Assembly (NCBI GenBank): GCA_004431415.1
Contig: QPMI01000100.1
Span: forward strand, 124,001-188,000
Reading direction: 5' to 3'
DNA length: 64,000 bases
Source: Cyanophora paradoxa CCMP329
Lineage: Eukaryota; Plantae; Glaucophyta
Shown piece by piece: positions 25,528 to 37,219 of the stretch. The translations under genes were made by a program, and so were the position numbers. A model generated the notes under the pieces. The model was not told where the DNA came from. It did no database searches and was given only the letters and a program-made list of their open reading frames with translations. Every line of letters starts with the position of its first letter. The first letter of the stretch is position 1.

Positions 25528-27586
25528 TCAATGCTTGGGGGCTGGCGCATTGCCGTGGGAGGGCGAGGGGTGGCCCCGCGGGGCACTGACACCAGCATGC
25601 ACGTGGCCATAGTTGCCTTCGGGCTCCATGTAGTCGACCTGCAGAGAGGGGGGTCAAGAGGACTGCGTATTTTTTTGAAATATACAGAGCAAGCAGGATG
25701 ATGACGGACCTCCTGAGGATCAACATCGAGTGGAATCTGATGGCACCATGCACACCTTAGAAAGACATAAACATCACACTACGAGGCCTAAAGGCACCTT
25801 GCTCATCATCCGGTGAAGCGAGTCGGCAACCTTCTGGTTCGACATCATCAGGGCTTGGAACTCTGCAGCAGACGCGCCCCTGAGAGCGGAGGATCATTGT
25901 GACGTTGGGCAAAATTTGGAGTGCATTAAAAACACGTACGCAGAGACTTGCAGCTTCGACTTGAGCTGACGAATCATGGCCTGCGAACCCAAAAAATGCT
26001 CAATTGGAAGCACAAAACCTGACAAAGGATGAACACAAGCGCACCCTGTGCCGCACAGACTGTTCCCGGTGTGAAGCAAGGTGCTGCTCCATCTCAGCCT
26101 TCTCGCGAGTAAATTGCTCTAGCCTGGACTGCGCCTCCAGGTTCTGATTGTAGAGTTCCTGCCAAAGCGTGTAAGCGATAGTTACATGTACAGAGCCAGA
26201 CAGGATATTGCACCATGTTCAGAGTGTCGAGCTCCTGCATCCGGCTAAGATCCTTGCGGTGCTCGTCCTCCATATACGACAGGTGCTGCTCCAGGTATGC
26301 CCTCCGCTAGTCTTGCCGTCAGAAGACAAAACGATTTGAAATACATTGGGACGCACGTCAAGAGCAGCCTTGAGCTTCTCGTGCGCCTCACGCAACAGAA
26401 TCTCGCTCTTCTCCAAGCGATCCTCAAGCTGCTTGTTCTTGATAACGAGATTCTTGTTCGTCTGCAAAATCGTGGGGTCATTGCGCGCAATGCAACAATC
26501 TCAATGCATTTGTCAGCACACCTCCGCATGTGTGGTAGCACTGGCCACACTGCTGATGTACTTCCCTTGATCGGAATCGTTCTCCTGCTGGATCCCTGCA
26601 GAACAGAGTACATTGGACACTGGACCAGGACGTAGAATGGTACTGATGTTCGACTCACCCTTTTTGATTTTCTCCAGCTGAGCGGCCATGTCCTTCTTCT
26701 CCTTCTCCAGCTTCGAAAGCTTGTCGTTCATCTCCTCAGTAAGCTTTTTCATGCTGTTCTGAACAGTCGCCAACTGCTGCTTGAGAACCTCGTTGTTTGC
26801 AGACAGCTCGCGGTTCTTGTCCTGTGACGATAGCATGAGTCCAGATATTCCGAAGAGTCTCATTAACACAACTCATTTAAACTCATACCATGAGATCCTG
26901 CTCCTGCATTTCGCTGAGATCACCAGCCCGTGCATTCTTCTCACGCTCGTCAAGAGTTGCCTTCAGCCTTGCTGCCTCGCTGCTCTTCTCCGCCAGCTGA
27001 CGGGTGAGCTCGTCGATCTGGAGGGGGTCAACATAATTTTTAAATCAGGAAGAGCAACTCCAAACGAATACCCGAACGCTGAAGGCAGCATTGTGGTTCT
27101 TGAAACTGTCAAGCTCGGAGTACAGCTTTCTTTTCTCAACTTGGAAAGCATTGTTGTCCTGTGTGAGCCTCGCATTGTCCTGCTCCAGCCTGCGGAGCTT
27201 CCCATCGGTCGCCGTCAACTTGTCGAGCTCCGCCTTGAGAAGCTTGTTCTGTTGTTGAAAGTTAGAAGAAGAGGTGCAGAGAAACCTGTCCAGACACCGC
27301 ACCTCCTGTGCAACCTGAACGAGTTCCGAGATTACCTTCTTCTTGTCGTCTTCCATATTCCGCTTCATGGTCTGCAGCTGGCGGCGTGCCTCGTTGCGCT
27401 CGTCTGTCAGCTGCTGCATCGCGTACTGGGCTGCGAGAGCCTCCTCCTGGAGAGAATCCATCTTCGCCTGCATAGCCTGCAAGAGAATGCGATCAAATCA
27501 GGATGAGTCAATGATCTAGCTAACGATCGGCCGCTGACCGAGAGCTGCTCCTTCATCTGGAGCTCGAAGTGGCTGGACTTCACCAT
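25528..27586 (-). CDS. Uncharacterised long coiled-coil protein, multi-exon
   Basis: Successive heptad-rich exons (MQAKMDSLQEEALAAQYAMQQLTDERNEARRQLQ; LKQQLATVQNSMKKLTEEMNDKLSKLEKEKKD) with GT-AG introns. Both ends are uncertain. Confidence 0.6.
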
Positions 27587-28592
27587 TCCGCCAGGTGCAT
27601 CGTTCTCTGCTCCGCATCTCTGAAAACTTCTATAGGGGGCCAGATATACAAACCCCCACACCTTTCGACGACGCGTTGCCGCCAGCGCCGCCGCGCTCCC
27701 GCCTGCGAACAGCGTCAGCACAGCAGAGTGACGCTGTGGTCTGGGAACACACAGGAACCGGAGCTCAAGCTCAAGAAAGTAGCTGCGTGAGCGCAGAGAG
27801 GCCGAAGCTAGTCAGCGAGACGCCCCGGGCCCACTCGAACAGGCACGTACATCTGCTGTCTGCGGGCTCGGCGTCAGGAGTGCGGACAACGGCTACGTGG
27901 AAGGGAGAGACTCACTGTAGGTTGTAGATGTCTGCGGAGGCCGGAGACGAGCGCAGGTTGCCGCGGTTAGCCTAGCCGCTTAGCGCAGGCACAGAGCACG
28001 CACACTGCTTCTCCAGGTCCTCCTCGCCGCCTCGGCCTCCATGCGGCGGCAGATTCACGCTCTTCCGCGCTCCGGTCGCCGTTCCCGCCCTCGCGAGCAT
28101 CGCTTGTCCGACGGTCGTTGACAACTTCAAATACGGGGGGGGGGGGCGGGCCAGGGGGGGTAGACCTTCCCACCTCGACGAACTGCAGCTAGCCGCTGAG
28201 CTATATAGCTGGCGCTAGCGCTAGCTATAGAGCTAGCTAGCGCTGCAGCTGCGCTAGCGTTGCAGCTGCGCTAGCGCTAGCTAGCGCTGCGACTGCCCCA
28301 GACTCTCTACCGTACTACGGTAGTACGTTCGATTCTCCGAGGCTCACCGTACTACGGTAGTGCCCGGCGGCCACGGTGGCACACGCGTACGGCCGCGGCG
28401 TGCACATATGCATGCACGTGGCCGGCCCCGGGCCCCGGGCTCATTAAGTCATACTATGGTAGCTACGTACGCATTCAATAAAAAGGCACTGCGGCAGTCG
28501 CTGAGCGCGGGCGGGCGCGGGTCCGAGCAAGGGAACCTCGGCCCCGGCGCGCGCGCGGAGTCGGGGCGCGAACATAGGGCGCCGGCGCGCGG

Positions 28593-31500
28593 CTAGCAGG
28601 AGTGGAGCTCGGAGGCGAGGGGCGCGAGACGGAGGGCGGCGCGCTGCTCGAGAAGGGCCGCGCGGTCGGCCGCGCCGGGGACGGGCAGCCGGCAGACGGC
28701 GAAGGCGTAGGGGAGGCGGGAGAACTCGGCCTTCGCGGGGCCGGAGGCCGCGCCGAACTGGTCGGCGGCGGAGCCGAGGGGCGCGCCGGCGAGGGATGAG
28801 GAGGAGGCGGAGGCGGGGGCGGAGCGCGAGCAAGCATCGAGGACGGCGGAGCGCGGGGCGTCGGCGGGGAGGGAGCCGGCGGGGAGGGGCACGACTGGGA
28901 GGGAGTAGGTCGCGTTGGCCTTCAGGCGGCGCTGGCCGAGTAGGCGCCCCAGGTCCTCGGGGAGGGCGACCGCGGGCTCAAGGGGGAGGACCCACTCGCC
29001 GGCCGCCGCGCGGACCGCCGCCTCGCGGGCGCGAGCCTCGTCCACGGGGCCGGCGAGGCGGACGAAGCGGACGGGGAGGGAGGAGGGGAGGACGAGCCCG
29101 GCGATGGCGTCGGGTCCCGGGGCGACGGCGAGGACCAGCTCGGCGGCGACGCCGTGCCGGGAGACAAGGGCGTCCAGGTGGTCCGCGAAGGCCTGCAGCG
29201 GGTTCAGAGAACGAAGGAGGGCGCGCTGGCGGGCGCCCGCACCTGAAGGGCAGCGGAGTCGACGCCGGGCAGGGCGGCGGCGGCGAAGGAGACGTAAGGG
29301 GCCGCGCCGCCGCAGGAAGGGCGCGCCGGCGCCGCGGGGGCTTTCGGCACGAGGGGGAAGCGGTACCCCACCGCCTCGAGGTCCTGCGCGCGATCCTCAG
29401 CGGGAGAAGGCGACGGGGTACCGCTCGAGTCTATTTTTAGAAGGAGAGCGCGGGGTACCGCGGCGAAGGAGCGGGTGATGTTGGCGTCGAGCTCGCTCCA
29501 GTGCTTGCGGGCAAGGAGGGCGTCCCCCAGCTCGACCATCATCGCCTTGACGCTCCCCGCCGCCTTCTCCGAGGGCTCCCAGCCCCGCAGGAACTCAACG
29601 AGCTTCCCTGCGCGTGACGGCGGCGGCTGAGCCTTTGGGGAGGGGGGGGGAGGGGAGCTGAAAGGGGGGTACCGGCCTCGAGGTAGAGCTGCATCTCCTC
29701 CTCGAAGTCGTGGAGGTAGCTGTGCGGGTTGCGGACCTGCACGGGCTCAGCCTTCCATCCAGGCCCCTCCCCTTCCCTTTCTAATTCCCTTCGGTCGAAC
29801 CCTAAAACTAAGGGAGGGGCATTATCTTTCCCACATGCGTTCCCCTTCATAGAATGTTCAGCCTTCGGGAAGGGCCGGGAGGGGCACCTGCACGGCGGTG
29901 GCGTGCCCAAAGGCGAGGCGGGCGCCGAGGCGCCAGAGGATCGCCTGCGCCACGTAGCCGCGCCAGATGTCCGAGACGCGCCTGCAGGGGGTACATGCTC
30001 AGAATTAGGGGGTACAGGCAGGAAGACGCGTGTGTGTTCGATTGGATAAACGCGCCAGTTGACGGAGGTGGGCATCCAGAGGCCCCAGAAGGCCTGGTAC
30101 AGCGTCACCGTGTTCTGCGTGTTGTACGGCTGCAGGGCGGTAAGATATCTCAGATATTGCATATTGCATCGTTTCGTAAGAACGCGTTTAAAAGCAAGAA
30201 TCCCCCGTCCCGCGCACCACCATGAGGCCGCGGCGGACGGCGACTGGGTCGCGCTTGGCGAAGTGGATGTGGCCCACGAGCTTGGGCTTCACCAGGCGGA
30301 AGACGGCGTCCAGGTCCGGGTCCGCGTCCGCGAGGTACTGCTGGACGGGTACAGAGACCTGGCGGGGGGGTACATGATTAAGGCGGGGTGATGGGGAGGT
30401 AGAGGAAGGAGGAGGTAGGGGCACCCTGGGGGCGCCCGGGGCGTGCAGGGGGGCCGAGCGGCGCGTGCAGGTGAGGTCCTGCGTGCCGAGGTGCTGCAGG
30501 GGGTACCCCCGCGGCCAGATGTCCCGGTGTCCGAAGTACGCGTACGGGTTTACGACGGGCTGGTGGGGGGATCGAGTCAGGGCCGGCGGCGGCGGCGGCG
30601 CGAGAAAGCAGGGAGGGGGGTACGCGCGCGCCTGGGCGTCGGGGCCGGCGGGGTTGCAGGGCTCGAGGGTCGCGACGTGCGCGGTCTCCTCGATGACGGG
30701 CACGTGGTCCTGCGAAGAGGATCGGATCAGATTGGGGGGTACAAACACGAAGATTCGAAACGGCGGGCCTGGAGGAGCGCGTTGTCGTCGTCGGTCTCGT
30801 AGACGACTGTGGCGCCGCGCTCGATGGCGTACAGGTAGCCGACGTTCTTGCGCATGTACGTGTTCCACGGGAGAAGCTTCCGCGTCGCGTAGGGGAGCTT
30901 CTCCTGGTCCTCCACGGAGAGGAAGTGGACGTTGGGGTACTCGGGCAGCGACCAGTTCTTCGGCGTCTTCTTGTCCGCGACGACCACGATCTGCGCGCGG
31001 CGCGGCGGGGCGCGGCGTCGTCTCGCAGGTCGGAAGGGAGGGGAGGGGTGGGACGGGGAGTGCCCGCCTGCCAGCCGGGTACGGCCGCGACCTTCCGGAC
31101 GTCGTCCGTCGGCGGGTTGATCGTGGTAATGATCGCCCAGGGCACTGCGGCGGCGCCGTGAGCGCCCGCTGGCCAGCCCACGCGGCGCGGCGGGCCTCAC
31201 CGAAGTAGCTAAGCTTTCCGTAGCCCGAGGGGCCGGAGCCCTGGCCGCCGACTTGCACGTCGACGTCGATGTTCGCTCCCTTGCCGGCCTCCAGGTGGCA
31301 AGCGATCTCGCGGTGCGGGACCGTCACGGTGGCGTCCGTGCACTTCTTCCCGCCGACGGTCACGTCCACGGGGGTGCCCACAGCGCCGAAGTTCTCTCCG
31401 CGGATCGTGATGTGGCCGCCGACCGGAGGCGCGAACGACGTGCTGTGCACGACGGGCGCTGCCGGCGGCCGCTTAGCTAAGCGGGCGGGCTGCGCGGGAA

Positions 31501-31894
31501 GGGCGATCGGGCCGGGCACCATCGTACGCGAACGCGCCCTTCGCCACGTGCTTCGCGCCGCTCTCGATGTCCTGTATCACGACATCGAGGCCCGCGCCGA
31601 CGCCCTCGCCGATGGTGCACGACAGCTCAGCGCCGGGAACTACTGCGTAGGGATGCAGGCACGGGGCGCCTCCGACGGTGACGCGCACGGCCGACTTGGA
31701 GGTCAGCCCCTCGAAAATGCCAGTCACGAAGACGCGCCCGCCCGTCGTCGGGGCGCTGTTGAGGGCGCCCAGCGCTGCGCGCCCGGCAGTCAGCGCTAAG
31801 GGTCGGAAGCGAAGCAAACGGCACCAATGAGGCATTTACCGACGTGCGCGAGCGCTAGGATGCCCAGGAGGGCAGCGCCCCGCGAGGACCTCAT
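28593..31894 (-). CDS. Secretory-pathway protein: signal peptide, two IPT/TIG domains, STELLO-like (DUF288) glycosyltransferase domain, degenerate GT-A-like tail
   Basis: Signal MRSSRGAALLGILALAHV; IPT GGHITIRGENFG..VTVGGKKC; STELLO motifs WAIITTINPPT, VVVADKKTP, RKNVGYLYAI..GA..VYETDDDN, NPYAYFG..WPRGYPL, PYNTQNT, SDIWRGY, QVRNPHSYLHDFEEE. Confidence 0.85.
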
Positions 31895-31969
31895 CGCCAA
31901 AATACTGTATCCGGCTGGTGCGGCGGCGGCGGCCTAGCTCGAGCGATCTGAGGCTTGCAGTGCCGCGCC

Positions 31970-33531
31970 ATGGCTGCTGAAGATTCCGTTGTTCTCGGCT
32001 TCGTGAGCAGCGAGATCGAGGAGGACAGCGACGCGTACGAGTCGAAGTTCGGCGGCTGGCCGGTGCGCGCTCGCGCGCTCACGTTTAGCTGAGCGCTAGT
32101 GCAGAGCGTTTCTCTCGCGCCGGCTCATCGGTGTGCACGGCGCAGATCTGGCTCGGGCCAGCGCCCGCAGAGGGCGACGTGCGGTGCGGCGAGTGCGGCG
32201 GCCCCACGTTCCTTGTGGTACAGGCGTACGCGCCGCTGGCTCCGGCGCGCGCTCACCAGCGCGCCCTGCACGTCTTCTGCTGCCCGAAGCCGAAGTGCAG
32301 CGGGTCCTCCCGCGGGTGCGATTCGCCGCGCGCGTGCGCGCCGCGTCGCGGCTGAGCCGCCGCAGATGGAAGGCGTTGCGCTCGCAGGAAGGCGCAAGCG
32401 CCTCCGCGCTGGCCGCGGAGGCGGCCGAGAAGAAGAAGCCTCCCCCGCCGGAGCCGGTCCCGATGGCGCCGAGCGAGCCCGCCAAGGCCGTAGGCGAGTT
32501 CGGAGAGGCGATGTGGGACGACGTGCCAGAGGAGGGCTCGGCGTGGTGTCCCAGCACCGCAGCGCCCGTCCCGACCGCCGGCGCGCGCGCCCCGCGCGAG
32601 CCGCCGTCTCTCGCGCGCGTTCCCGGCTTACCTTGCGCCTCAGATCTCGACGAGCTGATCCGGATGCGGGAGCTGGCGCTAGAGGAGAAGGCTGCGAGGC
32701 CGAAGGCATCCGCCCCGCCCAAGTCCCAGCAGCGCTCCTCGCAAGGGCCCGATGCGACCGCCGCCGCGCGGCCCAAGCCCCAGCACGAGCGTGCGCCGCC
32801 GAAGAACAAAACAAACGATGCGGCGCCTGCTGAGCGGCGCGGCAGAGACGCGGTGGGGCGTGCACCTGGCGCCTCACTACATGGAGGTGGACTACGAGCC
32901 CCCCGCGGAGGCGGAGGCGCCGCCGGAGGCCGAGCTGGCGCACGCGCGCGAGCTCTACGAGGAGTACAGGAGGCGGGAGGCGGCGGGGGACGAGGGACCC
33001 GGTACCCCCACGGGGGCCGAGGGCGGGGGCGGGGGCGACCCGGAGGGGTACGAGCGGGCGGAGGGCGAGCAGAGGGCGATGCTTCGGTTCCAGAAACGGA
33101 TGGGGCGGAGCCCGGAGCAGGCCCTCCGGTACCTGAGCGGGACCGCGGCGCCCCTCTGGGCGAGCGGGCCCGTTCCGCCCCCAGAGGCCGTCCCCGCCTG
33201 CGAGCGCTGCGGCGGGCCGCGGCGGGCCGAGCTGCAGCTCGTACCCCCCCTGCTCCTGCACCTCAACGCCCTCGCCTCCGCCCTCGAGCCGCCCCCCGCC
33301 GCCGCCTCCTCCTCTTCTTCTTCTCCCGAGGGGAGCCCGAACCCGACGGCGCTTCTGGAGGATGGGATGGACTGGGGCACCGTAACGGGTGCGGCCCGAC
33401 CCGCGCCCGGCACCCCGGCCCGTTCCCGCTGCTGACGCGCGCGCGTTCTCGCAGTCTTTTCGTGCGCCGCGAGCTGCGGGGACGATGCGGGGTCCCACCC
33501 TGAGTTCGTCTTCGTGCAGCCGCCCCTATAA
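31970..33531 (+). CDS. PDCD2L: PDCD2-like / Tsr4-like uS5 chaperone
   Basis: VVLGF, SKFGGWP, CGECGG..LVVQAYAP..RALHVFCC, C-terminal PEQALRY, CERCGGPRRAELQLVP, MDWGTVTVFSC..EFVFVQ. Confidence 0.88.
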
Positions 33532-33592
33532 CACTCAGCTCTAGAATTGTTTTTAATCGACGCGTTAATATTAATACAGTACAGTGAGTGTT

Positions 33593-34458
33593 TCATCGCT
33601 CGGCGTCGAGGGCGTGCTTCTTGAGGTCCTCGAGGCGCGTGTACTCCAGGGCCTTCTCGTGCGTGGCCGCCAGGACGACGGGCGGGGCCACGCCGGCCTC
33701 CAGCGCCTCCTGCCAGCGGCCTGCGCGAGATTCGAATTCGATGATCAGCGATGCAGATTGCTCGGGTACGGGGACCACCGGATCGCATTGGGGACACGCA
33801 CTTGCGCAAAGGCACCAGCGGGAGCCCGGCTTGAGGCCCGGGAATCTGTACTGGGGCCTGGGCGTGGAGAGGTCGTTGCCCCGCGCCTTCGTGAACTCCA
33901 GGAACTCCGCGGTCACCTGAGCGGCCACGACGTGCACGCCAAGATCGTCCGGCCCCGTGGCGCAGAAGCCGTCCCCTGCGAGCGCCGAGAGTGTCGGGAA
34001 ATGAGTGCGCGCGCGCGTGAATGGCGAGGATTGCGTTCGCACGGTAGAAGCCGGTCGGCGGGTCCGAGCAGCAGCGCTCGAGGTCTCCACCGAGCACGTT
34101 CTTCTCCTTCTTCTTTCCCGTGCCGTTGCCGCTGGCGCCTGCGCTCGGTGGTCAGCGTCCTGCGCGTGCGCTGGCCATGGCTATCGAATCTGCGCTGCGA
34201 CGGATGCATTTGCGAAACCGTGCTCGTGCTGCACGTGCTGACTGCATGGAGAGGCCGATCCCCGCCGACCCACGAACGCAACCGGCGCAAAAGGTACGCA
34301 CCGTTCATCGAAGCTCGTGGGCTAGCCGGGGTCGCCGTGAACGTACGCAGAGGCCGGCGCGAGGGCGCTCTAATCCTGAGCTTGGCGAGGGCGCTGGGGG
34401 TGCAGAATGCGGTGCGAGCGGTCTGCGGCACGACGACCTGGACAAAGCAGGCGTTCAT
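33593..34458 (-). CDS. DUF2237 family protein with putative plastid transit peptide
   Basis: NVLGGDLERCC.DP.TGFYRDG.C.TGPDD.G.H, EFLEFTKARGNDLSTP, FPGLKPG.RWCLCASRWQEA, APPVVLAATHEKAL. N-terminus is MNACFVQ... Confidence 0.88.
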
Positions 34459-34593
34459 GGGCTGTGACGAAACCGTCGCAGACCGTCGCAGACCGGCTGC
34501 CGGGGTACGCAGCAGATCGAATCGAAGCAGGTGCTCACCTCCAGAGTACTGCAGCGAAGCCGGGGCGCCGCCAACCTCTCGCGCGCGCGCAGG

Positions 34594-36027
34594 ATGTTCG
34601 TCGCCGCCACCGTCGCCGCTCCTCGCTCGGGTGCCCGTGTCGCCCAGTCGGCCTCGGCGCTCTGCGCTCCGGCGAAGGCGATCCGCTCGGCGAAGGCTGA
34701 GTTCGCTGGATCCGCGTCTTCTGTCGGCCGGAGCTCGTTCGTCGCGGCCCCTGTCTTCGAGGCTCGCCGCGGTGAGCAATGATCGATCCACGCCGATCCA
34801 GGCCGTCTCGTCTTGATTTTGACGGGGCCTCCCAGCGACTCGCAACGTCAATGTCCGCTTCTTCGCTGCTGCCGCGGCCCTCACGCCCGACACCGGTCAT
34901 TGCACTCTTGCGCGTGCCGCACCGCGCCTATCCTCCGCTGACTCTGCCGCTCGCAGCCAAGGTGACCAACAAGGTCTACTTCGACATCGAGGCATGGCGT
35001 TCATGCGCTACGCGTAGCCTTTCTTCCCCTGACGTAGCCACTCGCAGATCGGCGACAAGAAGGCCGGCCGCGTCACCTTCGGCTTGTTCGGCGATGTGGT
35101 GCCGAAGTACGCCAAAGCCAGTCGCTTTCCGCGTACGTGCTCGGCCTCACGCGCGACTTGCAGGACCGCGGAGAACTTCCGCGCCCTCTGCACTGGCGAG
35201 AAGGGTCCGCGTCCGGGCTGGGGCGCGCTCGCAGCTGTCACGCCCTGACCAGCCCTGTGCAGGCTTCGGCTACAAGGGCTGCGCCTTCCACCGTGTGATC
35301 CCCGTGCGTTGCTGAGATCCCATGACTTACTAATTGATCTCTAATTGACCCTTTCCTGGCCGCAGGACTTCATGATCCGTACGCCTGACTGAGGTCTTTT
35401 GGAGGCGATGGAGGACAATTGTAGCTGACACACTAGAGCAGAGGGTGGCGACTTCACCTCCGGTGATGGCCGCGGCGGGAAGAGCATCTACGGTGTGTAT
35501 CATAGTATCTCGTACTTTTCACAGCATCATGAAGTCCTAATCCCTAAAACCCCCAGGCAACAAGTTCGAGGATGAGGCAAGCGGACCACGGATGCCTCTT
35601 AAAGCTATGATGTGGCGTGTGGCCTGACATGGGTACGTTCGCAGAACTTCACCCTCAAGCACACTGGCCCTGGCCTCCTCTCCATGGCCAACGCTGGTAT
35701 GTTCGTTCGCTGGCTCCAGGCTTGAGCAGGCTGACATGGTCGTGCTTTGTTCGCAGGCCCCAACACCAACGGCAGCCAGTTCTTCGTTACCACCGTCGAG
35801 ACCAAGTGGCTCGACGGCCGCCACGGTGAGCTCCACTTCGTGCCTTGTAGATATGAATCTGTAGCTGGCCAATTAATGCACCTCTTCGTCTCACGTCCGG
35901 GGTCGCAGTGGTCTTCGGCAAGGTCATCGAGGGGATGGACATCATCAAGCAGATCGAGAGCTCCCCGACCGGCCCCATGGACCGCCCCAAGAAGGCCGTT
36001 GTCATTGCCGACTGCGGCGAGCTGTAG
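34594..36027 (+). CDS. Plastid-targeted cyclophilin-type peptidyl-prolyl isomerase (CYP20-like)
   Basis: Transit peptide [10 protein letters not shown]...; [70 protein letters not shown]. Contains two GC-AG introns and 13- and 20-nt exons. Confidence 0.95.
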
Positions 36028-36207
36028 AGCTGCATCTGTCCTGCATGTTCTGTGATGTTAATTAATGTAAGCTTCTCAGTGCTTAGACTTCAACTTTTTG
36101 AAGAGTTCGATGAGAGAGAGAGTATCCTGGGGAGTACGCAATTTCAGCCTTGTTCGTCGGCCGAAGTCTTCGGCGTTATCGTTCATAGAAAACTAGTACT
36201 TCGAAAG

Positions 36208-37081
36208 ATGTCGTGCACCGATAAGTCGTGGCCCGGCCCGGACTGCACCCAGCCCCGCACGCAGGGCGCTATCCAGCTCAACTGCGTGGGCCGCCACGTG
36301 AGTCTTCTCTGCATCTGGTATCATATCCCGTACATTCCGAGCTGAAACGATCTCTTGCGCAGCTCGGGGTTACTGCGCCCGAGGTGCTTCAAGACTTGAT
36401 CCGATTGCCGTTATGATTCGACACTTAGCGGCCGCGTGCGTACGTCGCAGATGGACGAGGTCTTCGACCAGATCGAAGCCAAGATTGCCCGCGGCGAGTG
36501 CGTGAGCTTTGACCCCCCGCGCTGATTAGCTGAGCGGCCGATGTCGATGTCGGTTAACTCGAAGATTGTGCACAGCTTTCGTTTCCGGGCCTCCGGACGA
36601 TTAGCTGCAGCATCTAGATGTGATGAATGACCCATCGAATAGCTTACTGCGCGCCCCCCCCTTCTTCGGAAGACTCGCTTTAGCTCCCCACGCGCGCTGC
36701 TGCGCACCGGGCTGACGCGTTCTCCCTCCTTGCAGCACTTCCGTTTGCGATTACTACAACCGCGGCGAGCTCCGCTTCGATGATCGCCTCGTGAAGCGCT
36801 GGGATGCGGTCCGATTACCCCGCCCGGCGGCCGCGGCGCTGCTGCCGCAGTGCAGCCACTGCCAGAGCGCTGACGGGCTACCGCCGCGCCGCGGGCCGCA
36901 GGTGGAGAAGAAGTGCGCCAAGCTGTCGCAGCTGGAGGACGACGTGAACCAGGTGTCGGAGGCCTTGTTCGCCGCGGAGCACGACGCCTTCTGCCCCATC
37001 GCTGAGGCGTCGGAGTACGATTGCGCCGAGTCTGAGCTCGAGATGGTCTCGGCCCCTGCCGACGAGGTCGCCTTCATGTAA
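36208..37081 (+). CDS. Small hypothetical multi-exon protein
   Basis: Short exons with clear GT/AG ends: MSCTDKSWPGPDC.., MDEVFDQIEAKIARG, CDYYNRGELRFDDRL, VEKKCAKLSQLEDD..EVAFM*. No family recognised. Confidence 0.4.
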
Positions 37082-37219
37082 GGCAGCTCATTTTAGCACT
37101 CGAGCCTGCTCTTTACAGATTCTGTACTGTTCTAGATCTGTGCTGTTTAGATTGATTCAACCATGCCATGCTATTGTGAGACTGTCCCATATGCAAGCCT
37201 GTCTAAGGAGAGAGTGGGG

